Shown here: piece after piece, positions 10,285 through 18,886 of the stretch
Position numbering within the stretch: position 1 is the first letter of the stretch
Layout of the letters: each line of letters opens with the position of its first letter
Source of the DNA: Armatimonadota bacterium
GTDB taxonomy: Bacteria; Armatimonadota; UBA5829; DSUL01
Assembly (NCBI GenBank): GCA_040769165.1
Contig: JAXGLP010000001.1
Span: 2,284,275 to 2,348,274, forward strand
Length of the DNA stretch: 64,000 bases
Reading direction: 5' to 3'
The notes under the pieces: generated by a model
Told to the model about the DNA's origin: nothing
Databases searched by the model: none
The model's input: the letters and a program-made list of their open reading frames with translations, nothing else
Made by a program: the position numbers and the translations under genes

Positions 10285-11055
10285 TCAACTCGGGCCCACG
10301 GCGCTGCCGCCTCCGGCCCGCACGAAGCTCTGGATGACCGGGTGCTCCGACGCCAGAAACTCGCCGGGCGGCGCATAGACGGCGACGGCGCCGTCGTGGA
10401 GCAGGGCGATGCGATCGGCGATGCGCGCTAGCGCGCCCACATCGTGCGACACGACCACCGACGTCAGGCCCAGCCGCCGCCTCGTCTCCGCGATAAGCTC
10501 GTCAATGGAGCGGGCGGTGGGCGGGTCGAGGCCGCTGGTCGGCTCGTCGTAGAACAGCACCTGCGGACTCGTCGCAAGCGCCCGCGCGAGCCCCACCCGC
10601 TTCGCCATTCCTCCCGACAACTGGCTGGGATACAGCCCCTCCGTGCCGCTCAAGTGCACAAGCGCCAGCGTGTCCCTAACGAGAGCGGCAGCGGTCTTTC
10701 TGGTGTACCCCAAACGGCGCATTGGCGCAAGTGCGATGTTCTCGAACACGGTCATCGAGTCGAAAAGGGCGGAGTACTGGAAGACGAAGCCGACGTTGGC
10801 GCGGGCATTCAGGAGGCTCTTCTCGCCGAGGCCGGCGATCTCCTTGCCGCACAGGCGCACGGTTCCCGCGGCCGGCGCCAGAAGGCCAGCCATGCACTTG
10901 ATCAGCGTGCTCTTGCCCGAGCCGGACGAGCCGATGATGCCCACGATCTCGCCCCGGTTGACTGAGAGGTTGACCCCGTTCAGGATGACGCGGCTGTCGC
11001 GGGTGAAGACGAGCCCGCCCACGACGACCGCCTGCTCTTCCGGCGCGGCGCTCAA
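10285..11055 (-). CDS. MlaF-like ABC transporter ATP-binding protein
   Basis: Walker A GSSGSGKST, ABC signature LSGGMAKRVGLARAL, Walker B LFYDEPTSGLD. Confidence 0.9.
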   Translation of the reverse strand: MSAAPEEQAVVVGGLVFTRDSRVILNGVNLSVNRGEIVGIIGSSGSGKSTLIKCMAGLLAPAAGTVRLCGKEIAGLGEKSLLNARANVGFVFQYSALFDSMTVFENIALAPMRRLGYTRKTAAALVRDTLALVHLSGTEGLYPSQLSGGMAKRVGLARALATSPQVLFYDEPTSGLDPPTARSIDELIAETRRRLGLTSVVVSHDVGALARIADRIALLHDGAVAVYAPPGEFLASEHPVIQSFVRAGGGSAVGPS

Positions 11056-11897
11056 GTCCGCACCCCCGGCCCGAACATCAGCATGGCCAGGAAGAAGTTG
11101 ACCATGTAGATGACCACAATGCTGATGACGACGGCGTTGGTCGTGGAGCGCCCGACGCCCGTGGCTCCCCCGGTGGTACGAAGCCCCTGCTGACAGCAGA
11201 CGAGAGTAACAACCAGACCGAAGACCGCCGCCTTGATGAGCCCCATGGTGATGTCGCGTCCCGTGACCATCTGCGCGAGCGATTGTTCGAAGCTTCCCCC
11301 GGAGACACGGCTTGCGACGGCCACGAAGTAGCCACCGACAAGCCCGGCGACGTTGGCAAACGCCGTAAGCATGGGAAAGACAACCAGTCCGGCCAGAATG
11401 CGCGGCGCGACGAGGTACTCTACGGGGCCGATGGCAAGGGACCGGAGGGCGTCAATCTGCTCGCTGACCTTCATGGAGCCGATTTCGGCGGCTATGGCCG
11501 AACCCGCCCGCGCGGTGACGACGACGGCGGTCACAACGGGCGCCATTTCGCGCACGAGTGAGAGCCCGAGCCCGCCTCCGACATAGCTGCCCGCCCCGTA
11601 CTTCACGGCCAGCAGGCTCGAATAGAGGGAGAGGACCATGCCCGAGAACGTCACCGTCACTACGACAATCATCAGCGAGTTGACGCCCAGCACTCCCATG
11701 TAGGTCAGGGAATCCACCCAGACGGCGCGCCGCGTGAGGGCGCAGCCGAGGGCGCGCACGAGCAGCGTGACCGCTTCGCCGACGTTGTCGAGAAACGTGA
11801 ACAACCGCTCGAAGGCGAACTGCGTCGGCATCGCGGCGACCTTCACCACTTCCTGAGCAGTCCTGTCGAGAACGTCGCCTGTTTCGTGCTTTTGCAT
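11052..11897 (-). CDS. MlaE-like ABC transporter permease
   Basis: Multi-pass hydrophobic protein (EQIDALRSLAIGPVEYLVAPRILAGLVVFPMLT). Its stop overlaps the mlaF-like start. The start was trimmed to MQKHETGD and is uncertain. Confidence 0.8.
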   Translation of the reverse strand: MQKHETGDVLDRTAQEVVKVAAMPTQFAFERLFTFLDNVGEAVTLLVRALGCALTRRAVWVDSLTYMGVLGVNSLMIVVVTVTFSGMVLSLYSSLLAVKYGAGSYVGGGLGLSLVREMAPVVTAVVVTARAGSAIAAEIGSMKVSEQIDALRSLAIGPVEYLVAPRILAGLVVFPMLTAFANVAGLVGGYFVAVASRVSGGSFEQSLAQMVTGRDITMGLIKAAVFGLVVTLVCCQQGLRTTGGATGVGRSTTNAVVISIVVIYMVNFFLAMLMFGPGVRT

Positions 11898-12008
11898 CTG
11901 GCCCCGTGAACCGTGATCTCCGCCAGCCGAATTCCCGCACGACGACGGTGGATTTCGCGGCAAGAGGCAGTATAGTCAGGCGGCGGGGGGCTGTCAATTC
12001 GTCGGATG

Positions 12009-12057
12009 TTGCTGGTTGCTGGTTGCTGGTTGCTGGTTGTTGGTTGCTGGTTGCTGG
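12009..12057. repeat. Heptanucleotide microsatellite (TTGCTGG)x7, one unit TTGTTGG
   Basis: Read directly: ttgctgg ttgctgg ttgctgg ttgctgg ttgttgg ttgctgg ttgctgg. It lies in the divergent intergenic region between the mlaE-like gene and cas3. Confidence 0.9.
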
Positions 12058-12060
12058 ACG

Positions 12061-12117
12061 GATGTGCGGCCATCTCTGCTGGCCGCGCCGGGTCCGGGGG
12101 AGCTGTGCTCCCATCTC
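12061..12117. repeat. Left copy of a ~57-bp imperfect direct repeat flanking the CRISPR-Cas cassette
   Basis: GATGTGCGGCCATCTCTGCTGGCCGCGCCGGGTCCGGGGGAGCTGTGCTCCCATCTC matches 26819..26875 at ~52 of 57 positions. The shared peptide MCGHLCWP.RVRGSCAP appears in spurious ORFs at both sites. Confidence 0.8.
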
Positions 12118-12140
12118 GGGCTGGCGGGGTATCTGGCGCT

Positions 12141-12161
12141 CACTGACAGAATTTGTCAGTG
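12141..12161. promoter_or_regulatory. Perfect palindrome CACTGACA-N5-TGTCAGTG ~40 bp upstream of the cas3 start, a candidate operator. A TAATGT -10-like hexamer follows at 12170.
   Basis: The inverted repeat is read directly from the sequence. Its position relative to the cas3 ATG at 12200 suits repressor or activator binding. Confidence 0.35.
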
Positions 12162-12199
12162 GCATGTGCTAATGTAGCGGCGGAGGCAGCAGCCGACCG

Positions 12200-14512
12200 A
12201 TGAATACAGACGAACGCACGCCGCAAACGCTCTTCGCGCACACGCCGCCGGAAGGCTCGGATAACTGGCACCGGCTGGATGACCACCTCCGGACGGTTGC
12301 CGAACTGGCCGCGCAGTTCGGCGCCCCGTTCGGAGCGGGCGATGAAGCACGCCTTGCCGGACTGCTGCACGACGCCGGAAAGGCCGGAGACCTGTTCCAG
12401 AAACGTCTTCGGGGGCAGGCGAGCAACGTGGACCACTGGTCGCCAGGAGCCTGGGCGGCCATCACCAGGTATCGCAACCTCGCTGTGGCGATGGCGGTAC
12501 AAGGTCACCATCAAGGTCTCAGGCAGGTTGACAAGAACACCCTGCGCCTGCTGGATCCGGGCAGTTGGGGAGCGAGGCACCCCGACGGACCTGCGCTTTC
12601 CGTTGACGATCCCGGCAGGCTGCTGGACATGCTCCATGCGGCCGGGTTGGACCCTGCAGACCCTCACCCGTCGATCTACGGAAAGAGTATTCAGCAGACC
12701 GCCTCAGCTATGCTGGACATCCGCATGCTGTTTTCGGCGCTGGTCGACGCGGACTTTCTGGACACCGAGCGCCACTTCAACCACGGACAGGCGAGGCGCG
12801 CGGCGCCAAGCCTGGAGCCTGGCGCAGCCCTGCAGGTCGTGCGCCAGCACGTTGAAGGCCTGGCGAAGATGCCCGGAGCCGATCCTGAGCTCCTGAAGCT
12901 ACGCTCGGATCTGTTCCAGGCGTGCCTGTCTTCGGCAGGGAATGCCCGCCAGCCGGGGCTATTCACCCTGACGGCGCCCACCGGTGCGGGAAAGACACTG
13001 GCGATGCTTGCGTTCGCGCTCCGGCACGCGCAGCAGGTATCTGCCCGGCGCCTGATCTTCGTCCTCCCCTTCCTCAGCATTATCGAGCAGACGGCACGTG
13101 TCTATCGGGACCTGCTGGGGCCCTCTTTCGGAGAGGATTATGTGGTGGAGCATCACAGCCTGACCGGAACGCGCTCCACGGCGGGCCAGGAGACAGTCGG
13201 CGAAGGCGACGCGGTGGCCGAAAAGGAGCGCCGCCAGAGGCTGATGGCCGAGAACTGGGATGCGCCCGTCATCATCACGACAAGCGTGCAACTCCTCGAA
13301 TCGTTGTTTGCCAACCGGCCGGGGGCCTGCCGGAAGCTGCACCGGCTTGCGTCCAGTGTCATTCTCTTCGACGAAGTGCAGACGCTGCCGCTCTCACTGG
13401 CAATCGCCACGCTGAAGACTCTCTCCCGCCTGACGGCCGGCTACCGGGCCAGCGTCGTGTTTGCCACCGCCACACAGCCGGCTTTCGAGACTCTGAGCCG
13501 CGTTGTGCGCGAAGACCGAAACACCGGCTGGGCGCCAGCCGAGATCGCTTCACCGGAGTTGGGGCTGTTCGGGCGTATCCGGCGAACGAGCGTCACGTGG
13601 CCTGGAAAGGAACCAACATCCTGGGAGCAGCTTGCCGACACGCTGGCCCTGCATCCCCGCGTCCTGTGTGTGGTCAATCTCAAACGTCATGCAGCTGAAC
13701 TCACGCGCCTGTTGAGGGAGCGCGGCGTAGCTGGTGTCCGGCACATCTCCACAAACCTGTGTCCGGCGCACAGGCAGCGTGTGCTCAACGAGATTCGCCA
13801 GACGCTTGAGAACGGTGAAAGCGACGCCTGCCGCCTTGTCGCCACCCAGTGTGTGGAAGCTGGCGTAGACGTAGACTTCCCGGTGCTGTATCGAGCTATG
13901 GGTCCGCTGGAAGCGATTGCGCAGGCTGCGGGCCGCTGCAACCGGAACGGACGGCTGGAGACAGGGCAGGTCGTTGTATTCCGCCCCGAGGACGAAGCCT
14001 ATCCGCCCGGGGCGTACGCACAGGCGGCAGCGGTCACGTGGGCACTGCTGTCGAGGCTGGGCCCTGACGCTATGGACATCGACGACCCGGAGCTGTTCGC
14101 GCGCTATTACACAGAGATGTACGATATTGCCCGCCCCGAAACGCACAACCGGGAACTTCGCGATGCCATCGCAGCGCAGGATTTCGAGGCGGTAGCAAGG
14201 GAGTATCGGATTATCGCGGCGGACGCCATCAACGTTCTGGTTCCCTATGAGGAAGAGGAGTTTGAAGTGCTCTGCAGGGAGACGGAGCAGAGGGGTCTGA
14301 CGGCAAGCTGGCAGAGGCGGGCGCGGCCGTTCGCGGTCTCCGTATTCCGGCCCCGGCCGGCGGACCCGATCCGCCGCTATTTGAAGCCGGTACCCGTTGT
14401 GAGAGGAGGTGATTCGGACGAGTGGTTCATCTACCTGGACCCGGCCCACTACGACAGGGACACCGACCTTGGTCTTGTCGTTCCGGACGAGTCCCAGGTG
14501 CTTATCGCATAG
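12200..14512 (+). CDS. cas3: CRISPR-associated helicase/nuclease Cas3 (HD nuclease plus SF2 helicase), type I-C context
   Basis: N-terminal HD domain (LAGLLHDAGKA...HH), helicase motif I APTGAGKT, motif II ILFDEVQ, and a C-terminal domain. It is followed by cas5c. Confidence 0.92.
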   Translation: MNTDERTPQTLFAHTPPEGSDNWHRLDDHLRTVAELAAQFGAPFGAGDEARLAGLLHDAGKAGDLFQKRLRGQASNVDHWSPGAWAAITRYRNLAVAMAVQGHHQGLRQVDKNTLRLLDPGSWGARHPDGPALSVDDPGRLLDMLHAAGLDPADPHPSIYGKSIQQTASAMLDIRMLFSALVDADFLDTERHFNHGQARRAAPSLEPGAALQVVRQHVEGLAKMPGADPELLKLRSDLFQACLSSAGNARQPGLFTLTAPTGAGKTLAMLAFALRHAQQVSARRLIFVLPFLSIIEQTARVYRDLLGPSFGEDYVVEHHSLTGTRSTAGQETVGEGDAVAEKERRQRLMAENWDAPVIITTSVQLLESLFANRPGACRKLHRLASSVILFDEVQTLPLSLAIATLKTLSRLTAGYRASVVFATATQPAFETLSRVVREDRNTGWAPAEIASPELGLFGRIRRTSVTWPGKEPTSWEQLADTLALHPRVLCVVNLKRHAAELTRLLRERGVAGVRHISTNLCPAHRQRVLNEIRQTLENGESDACRLVATQCVEAGVDVDFPVLYRAMGPLEAIAQAAGRCNRNGRLETGQVVVFRPEDEAYPPGAYAQAAAVTWALLSRLGPDAMDIDDPELFARYYTEMYDIARPETHNRELRDAIAAQDFEAVAREYRIIAADAINVLVPYEEEEFEVLCRETEQRGLTASWQRRARPFAVSVFRPRPADPIRRYLKPVPVVRGGDSDEWFIYLDPAHYDRDTDLGLVVPDESQVLIA

Positions 14513-14527
14513 AAGAGGAGGAACACT

Positions 14528-15247
14528 ATGACGCCGTCGCGTCAAACGCTTGAGGTCTGGGGGAGCCTGGCGTGCTTCACCCGGCCCGAACTCAAAGTGG
14601 AACGCTTCAGCTACCCGGTCATCACGCCATCGGCGGCGCGAGGCATCTTCGACGCCATCTGCGTCAACCGGCACAAGTACCGCTGGCAGGTGCTGAAGGT
14701 GGAGGTGCTGTCGCCGCCCGGCTACATTGCCCTGCGGCGCAACGAGGTGAAGTATAAGACGCCCTCGGAACGGACCATTGGTCAGTGGATGGCCGGCACG
14801 GTAGAGCCGCAGCCGTTGCGGGCCGGCGCCGGGGAAGAGGCCAACACACAGCGCCAGACCATGGCGCTCAAGAACGTCCGTTACCGGCTTCACGCCGAGA
14901 TTCGGCCGTGGAACGGCTATCAGGACGAGCTCGTGTCCATGGAGGCGAAGTTCCGCCGCATCGCTGGCGCAGGCAAGTGCTTCCAACAGCCGTACTTCGG
15001 CTGCCGTGAGTTCCCGGCGTTCTACCAGCTGCTGGAACACGGCGAGGAAGGACCGCCGCCCGCTTCGATAGATGCGCACATCGGGTGGATGCTTTACGAT
15101 GTGTTCGACCTCTCGCGGCCGGGCGAATGCACCGACAGGCCGTTCATCACGCTGTTCGAGGCGAATCTGCGCGGCGGCGTGATGGCGGTGCCGGACTTCG
15201 ATTCGCCGGAGGTGCGGAAGCCTCCGAAGGAGGCCGCCAATGCTTGA
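14528..15247 (+). CDS. cas5: Cas5c (Cas5d), the type I-C Cascade subunit and pre-crRNA endoribonuclease
   Basis: MTPSRQTLEVWGSLACFTRPELKVERFSYPVITPSAARGIFDAIC is the hallmark Cas5d N-terminus. The 239-aa length is typical. Confidence 0.9.
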   Translation: MTPSRQTLEVWGSLACFTRPELKVERFSYPVITPSAARGIFDAICVNRHKYRWQVLKVEVLSPPGYIALRRNEVKYKTPSERTIGQWMAGTVEPQPLRAGAGEEANTQRQTMALKNVRYRLHAEIRPWNGYQDELVSMEAKFRRIAGAGKCFQQPYFGCREFPAFYQLLEHGEEGPPPASIDAHIGWMLYDVFDLSRPGECTDRPFITLFEANLRGGVMAVPDFDSPEVRKPPKEAANA

Positions 15248-17080
15248 CCGCTTGCTGGACTACGCCCGCGCCCAGAGTTTGGGGGCGGAGCCTGGCTTCG
15301 AACCCAAGCGCGTCCGGTGGGCTCTGGACTTCGCTAGCGACATACACCTTGGACCGAGAAGGCTTACCACAGGTGTCATCGTGCACAAGTTGGACAGGGA
15401 GCGGCCCTACCACGGCGCTACTCCATTCATCGACCTTAACCAACAAAGGAAAGCCTAGCATCGGCGTTCACAAACTCGAGCACATCTTCGGCTCCAAGTT
15501 CGCAATTGAGGGCAGAAAGCACGACTGGCACCTACGATGAAAGCCGATTCCGCGTGTTCGAAGAAGGCTCAGCAGTTGGCAAGTTTCTACAGGACCTCGT
15601 TCGGTCTCTACCTGCGACCCCGCCCCAGGCCGCAGTGGCGTGGCGCTGCTTTCTGGCCGGAGAGCAACGCGCTGTGCTTGCAGCGAAACTTGAGGAGTCC
15701 CCGTCCAGAGCCGAGAAGAAGCCGGTCCTCACCGGCGGGGACTACGCCGCGCACTGGCCGAACAGGAGCGGTGGTGGACGGCCCGCGATTGTGCGCTCGT
15801 GGCAGACGGTCGCCAGAACGGCCAGCGACGAGGGGCACCGCGATCGCTGACGTTCAGGCCGTTGTAGAATCGAGAGGGCAGTCGGGTATGTGGACAGTGG
15901 GGGCGCTTGAGCGGCCTATGCCCGCCTTCGACGGGCTAGTCCAGAGCAAGCAGGGACTGAAACTGGTCCCGCGCTGAGGTTTGTTCCTTCAATTGCGCTG
16001 CGTATCTTTCGCGCGGCAAGGGAAAGCGTTCAACGCCCCTGTACAAGCTTGCGCAGATCGTGCAGCAAAAGGGTGGAACAGCCTTATGCTCCTGACTCCT
16101 CCCGCGAACTACTGGATGACGAGAAGTTCTCGGTTTCGGGTGAACTGCACCGAAGGGAGCTACCGCAGTGGATGCGCGGCGATGGCAGGATGTTCTTCTC
16201 CACTGAAAGCAGGCAAGAAGAAGCTCTTTTTTGCCCGGAGGGCCTACACGTCTCGGGGCTTGGCGCGCACGAGGCGACCGCATACGTGACCTTCGGGCTG
16301 CGCGGATGCCGAGCGCGCGAGCGCGGGTGTCCTTCGCTGGTGGCGTGGCAAAAGGCGCTTGGCGAGCGACAGACGGAGAGGCGTTCACGCTTACGGACCT
16401 GGCAATGGCGCCGCGCCGCGCACGCCAGTGGTATGTGCGGAAGCGCACTGGGGAACGTTCCACGCTCATGTCGAGCAGTGAACGAAGGCCGTGGCGGGCC
16501 CTCTTGGGCGTCAGCCTGGGTGCCAGCGCCATATCCCCGGATGTTCTCGCTGTTTCCCGCAAGGCGGTTCTCGGCCGAACTTGAGGCATCGCGCGATGCC
16601 AACACAACGCCTGTGCGGCGCGCACGTCTCAGAAACGGTATCGAGACCGGGCTGGATACAAACCCGCTTGACCGCCTTGTCCTTCTTAACATCTGCCTTT
16701 GTTCGATGAATAACGTGGAGGAACTCAACATGGCCAATCCCGTCGGGGCGGCAACAGAATGCATTCAACGTTTACCGCATCTTCAACCTGATCTGCTATG
16801 CTCAGCGAGAGAAGCGATTGGCGAACGGGGAAGACGATTCTCGTCTCGAATGCCTCGCCCGCAGCAACGCGAATCGCCAGCATCATCCCCGCGCTGTAAC
16901 GCGGTTGCACTCCGTCTACCTGCCGAAACTGCGGCGCGACAAACCTAGACTAGCGACAAATGTTGACAAACAGCTTTCAGGACTTGCTTACGCGGCACTG
17001 AGCTGCCGTCGTACTTAATACAGAGCAAATGGGGCGGTTCTGGAAGGGATTCACCACCGAGATTCGAGAGAGACACAATG
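15240..17080 (+). pseudogene. cas8c: cas8c (csd1) large-subunit gene, disrupted. It is full length in DNA (~1.84 kb) but has no intact reading frame.
   Basis: Frame 0 at 15240 gives MLDRLLDYARAQSLGAEPGFEPKRVRWALDF..., a Cas8c-like N-terminus overlapping the cas5c stop by 8 bp. It stops after 72 codons. Plausible peptide segments then appear in different frames (15506, 15537, 15981, 16049, 16231, ...). The last ~420 bp is much lower in GC. The cas5c-cas7c spacing equals a normal cas8c length. Confidence 0.55.
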
Positions 17081-17102
17081 AACACTGCACCGAAGAGCAA
17101 GC

Positions 17103-18191
17103 TTGGCTATGCTATCGCTTTTCCCGATGACCACGTCATTCGACCCCGCGAAGAGGCACGACTTCGTGTTTCTCTTCGATGCAACCTGGTGCAACCCAAA
17201 TGGTGATCCGGACAACGACAACATGCCCCGTCAGGACCTCGAGACACGCGGGCCTGTGACCAGCGGCGCACTCAAACGCAACCCGCGACTTCATGGCGGA
17301 GGTGTATGGTGACGGCAAGGACCAACGACGAGAGTGGCCGGACGAATCTGTATGTCACACAAAGGTCTTCAAGAACGAACACCAGCCGTGCGTGCCAAGT
17401 TCGGAAAAGGCACACCGAGCAGAACCAGAAACATGCGCGCCTTCTACTGGGATGTCCGGTTGTTCGGTGGCGTCTTTGCCGTGGGCAAGGAAGACGTCGC
17501 CGAAACCGAGCCGCTGGACGGCTCGTGGATGCCGGTTCGCCCGCTGAGACACCAGCGCCGGAAAAGGACAAGGGGACTGAAGGCGAAGAAGGAAGATGCG
17601 CTGAACGGTGGCCAGTGCGTGGCTGTGTGGGGCGCGATTGGACATGGCCGAGAGACGGTTGAGGTGGTCACACCCGGCCTGATGTCGATCGTGCGAACTG
17701 CCCGGGTCGATAACCCTGCTGACGCGGAGGATCAGGATGTGGCGGTATCATCCATGCCAGGGAACTCCGCTATCTTGCCTTACGGTCTCTACCGCGGCTC
17801 GGGCCAGTACTTCTCCACCTTGGACCGCTTCGGCCAGGTTACGCGGGAAGACCTCGCTGTGCTGTGGAACGGGCTGCGGCAGATGTTCCAGTTCTCAGTC
17901 TCGGATGCGCGGCCTGCGGGAAGCATGAAGTCCCTGGGCGCATGGGTGTTCTCACACGACCACAAGCTTGGCAACTACCCCGTTCACAAGCTTCTGCAGC
18001 TCATACAGCCCCGAAGGACAGAGCAAAGCACTGCGACAGAACTGCCCGCGCGGGGCTATCTTGATTATCTGGTCGACCTCGCATGGGACGACGCCGACAC
18101 GTCGTGGGGGGTGGAAAACGGGAGACTCACCCGAGAGGGCAGAGACATCGGTGTTGCTGTCACGGAACTGTATAACGACTGGCGCGACTGA
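17103..18191 (+). CDS. cas7: Cas7c (Csd2) Cascade backbone subunit with an internal out-of-frame segment at ~17285-17400, so possibly a pseudogene
   Basis: N-terminal piece ...[42 protein letters not shown] is a canonical Csd2 motif ending at an in-frame TGA (17310-17312). A +1-frame stretch ([12 protein letters not shown]...[10 protein letters not shown]) carries the expected next motif. The original frame resumes as (F)[10 protein letters not shown]...[12 protein letters not shown]...[12 protein letters not shown]... through to 18191. Confidence 0.7.
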
Positions 18192-18194
18192 CTC

Positions 18195-18869
18195 GTGGTC
18201 TCCGGGCAGCCAGAGCGCGAACCTCCCCAGTGGTCCGACGATGAGCGGGTGATGATCAGCGCGCTCGAGCACTGGGCGTACTGCCCGCGGCAGTGCGCGC
18301 TGATCCACCTGGAGAGCGTCTTCGACGAGAACGTATTCACCCTGCGCGGCAGGCGGGAGCACGAACGCGTGGACCAGGAGACCGCCGTGAGCGAGGCCGG
18401 CGTGGTTACGCAGTTCGCCTTGCCGCTTTGCTCTGAGCGCCTGGGCGTATACGGCAAGGCCGACGCGGTGGAGTTCTGGCCGGACGGGCGAGTCGTGCCG
18501 GTGGAGCACAAGCACGGCAAGCGCGCCAAAGGCGGCAAGCTGCACGACGCGGTGCAGCTTGCCGCCCAGGCCATGTGCCTGGAAGAGATGCTCGGCGTCC
18601 GAATTGCGCTCGGGGCCGTGTTCTATCGGAGGACTCAGCGCAGGCAGGAGGTCGCCATTGACGAGGCTCTGCGCGCAGCGACGGAAGACTGCATCCGTCA
18701 AGTGCGCGCGATGCTCGCCGCCGGGCAGACCCCTCCACCCGTGAACGACAAGCGCTGCCCGGACTGCTCGCTGAAAGATTGCTGCCAGCCGGAGCTGGTG
18801 GAGGCTCTGGCGCGGGACGGACCGGCAAGCGCCCTGTTCGTTCCGGGCGAGGGAGAAGGACTGGACTAG
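18195..18869 (+). CDS. cas4: Cas4 RecB-like nuclease with an Fe-S cluster
   Basis: ISALEHWAYCPRQCALIHLE N-terminal Cys, a central nuclease motif (GKADAVEF...VEHK), and a C-terminal CPDCSLKDCC cysteine cluster. GTG start at 18195, alternative ATG at 18252. Confidence 0.88.
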   Translation: MVSGQPEREPPQWSDDERVMISALEHWAYCPRQCALIHLESVFDENVFTLRGRREHERVDQETAVSEAGVVTQFALPLCSERLGVYGKADAVEFWPDGRVVPVEHKHGKRAKGGKLHDAVQLAAQAMCLEEMLGVRIALGAVFYRRTQRRQEVAIDEALRAATEDCIRQVRAMLAAGQTPPPVNDKRCPDCSLKDCCQPELVEALARDGPASALFVPGEGEGLD

Positions 18870-18886
18870 AGGAGGACGGTAAGGCT

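Noticed and set aside
8208-10337. 709-aa plus-strand ORF
   Set aside because: Antisense to rplI and the MlaD homologue. No motifs.
11452-12172. ORFs 11452..12165 (minus) and 11906..12172 (plus) spanning the mlaE/cas3 intergenic region
   Set aside because: They read through the (TTGCTGG)n microsatellite and the 57-bp repeat, giving Q/L/W repeat peptides. They are artefacts of the repeats.
13550-15079. 509-aa minus-strand ORF plus 12279..12896, 12922..13698 and others
   Set aside because: Antisense to or out of frame within cas3 and cas5c, which have strong motif support.
15936-16764. Minus-strand ORFs 15936..16625 (229 aa) and 16084..16764 (226 aa) inside the cas8c region
   Set aside because: Arg/Ser/Pro-rich and antisense to the cas operon. 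Considered as possible replacement genes but no domain-like sequence was seen.
18779-18886. Upstream extension of the cas1 ORF (MLPAGAGGGSGAGRTGKRPVRSGRGRRTG...)
   Set aside because: It overlaps the cas4 3' end in another frame. A GAGGAGGA ribosome-binding site plus GTG at 18887 gives the canonical Cas1 N-terminus.
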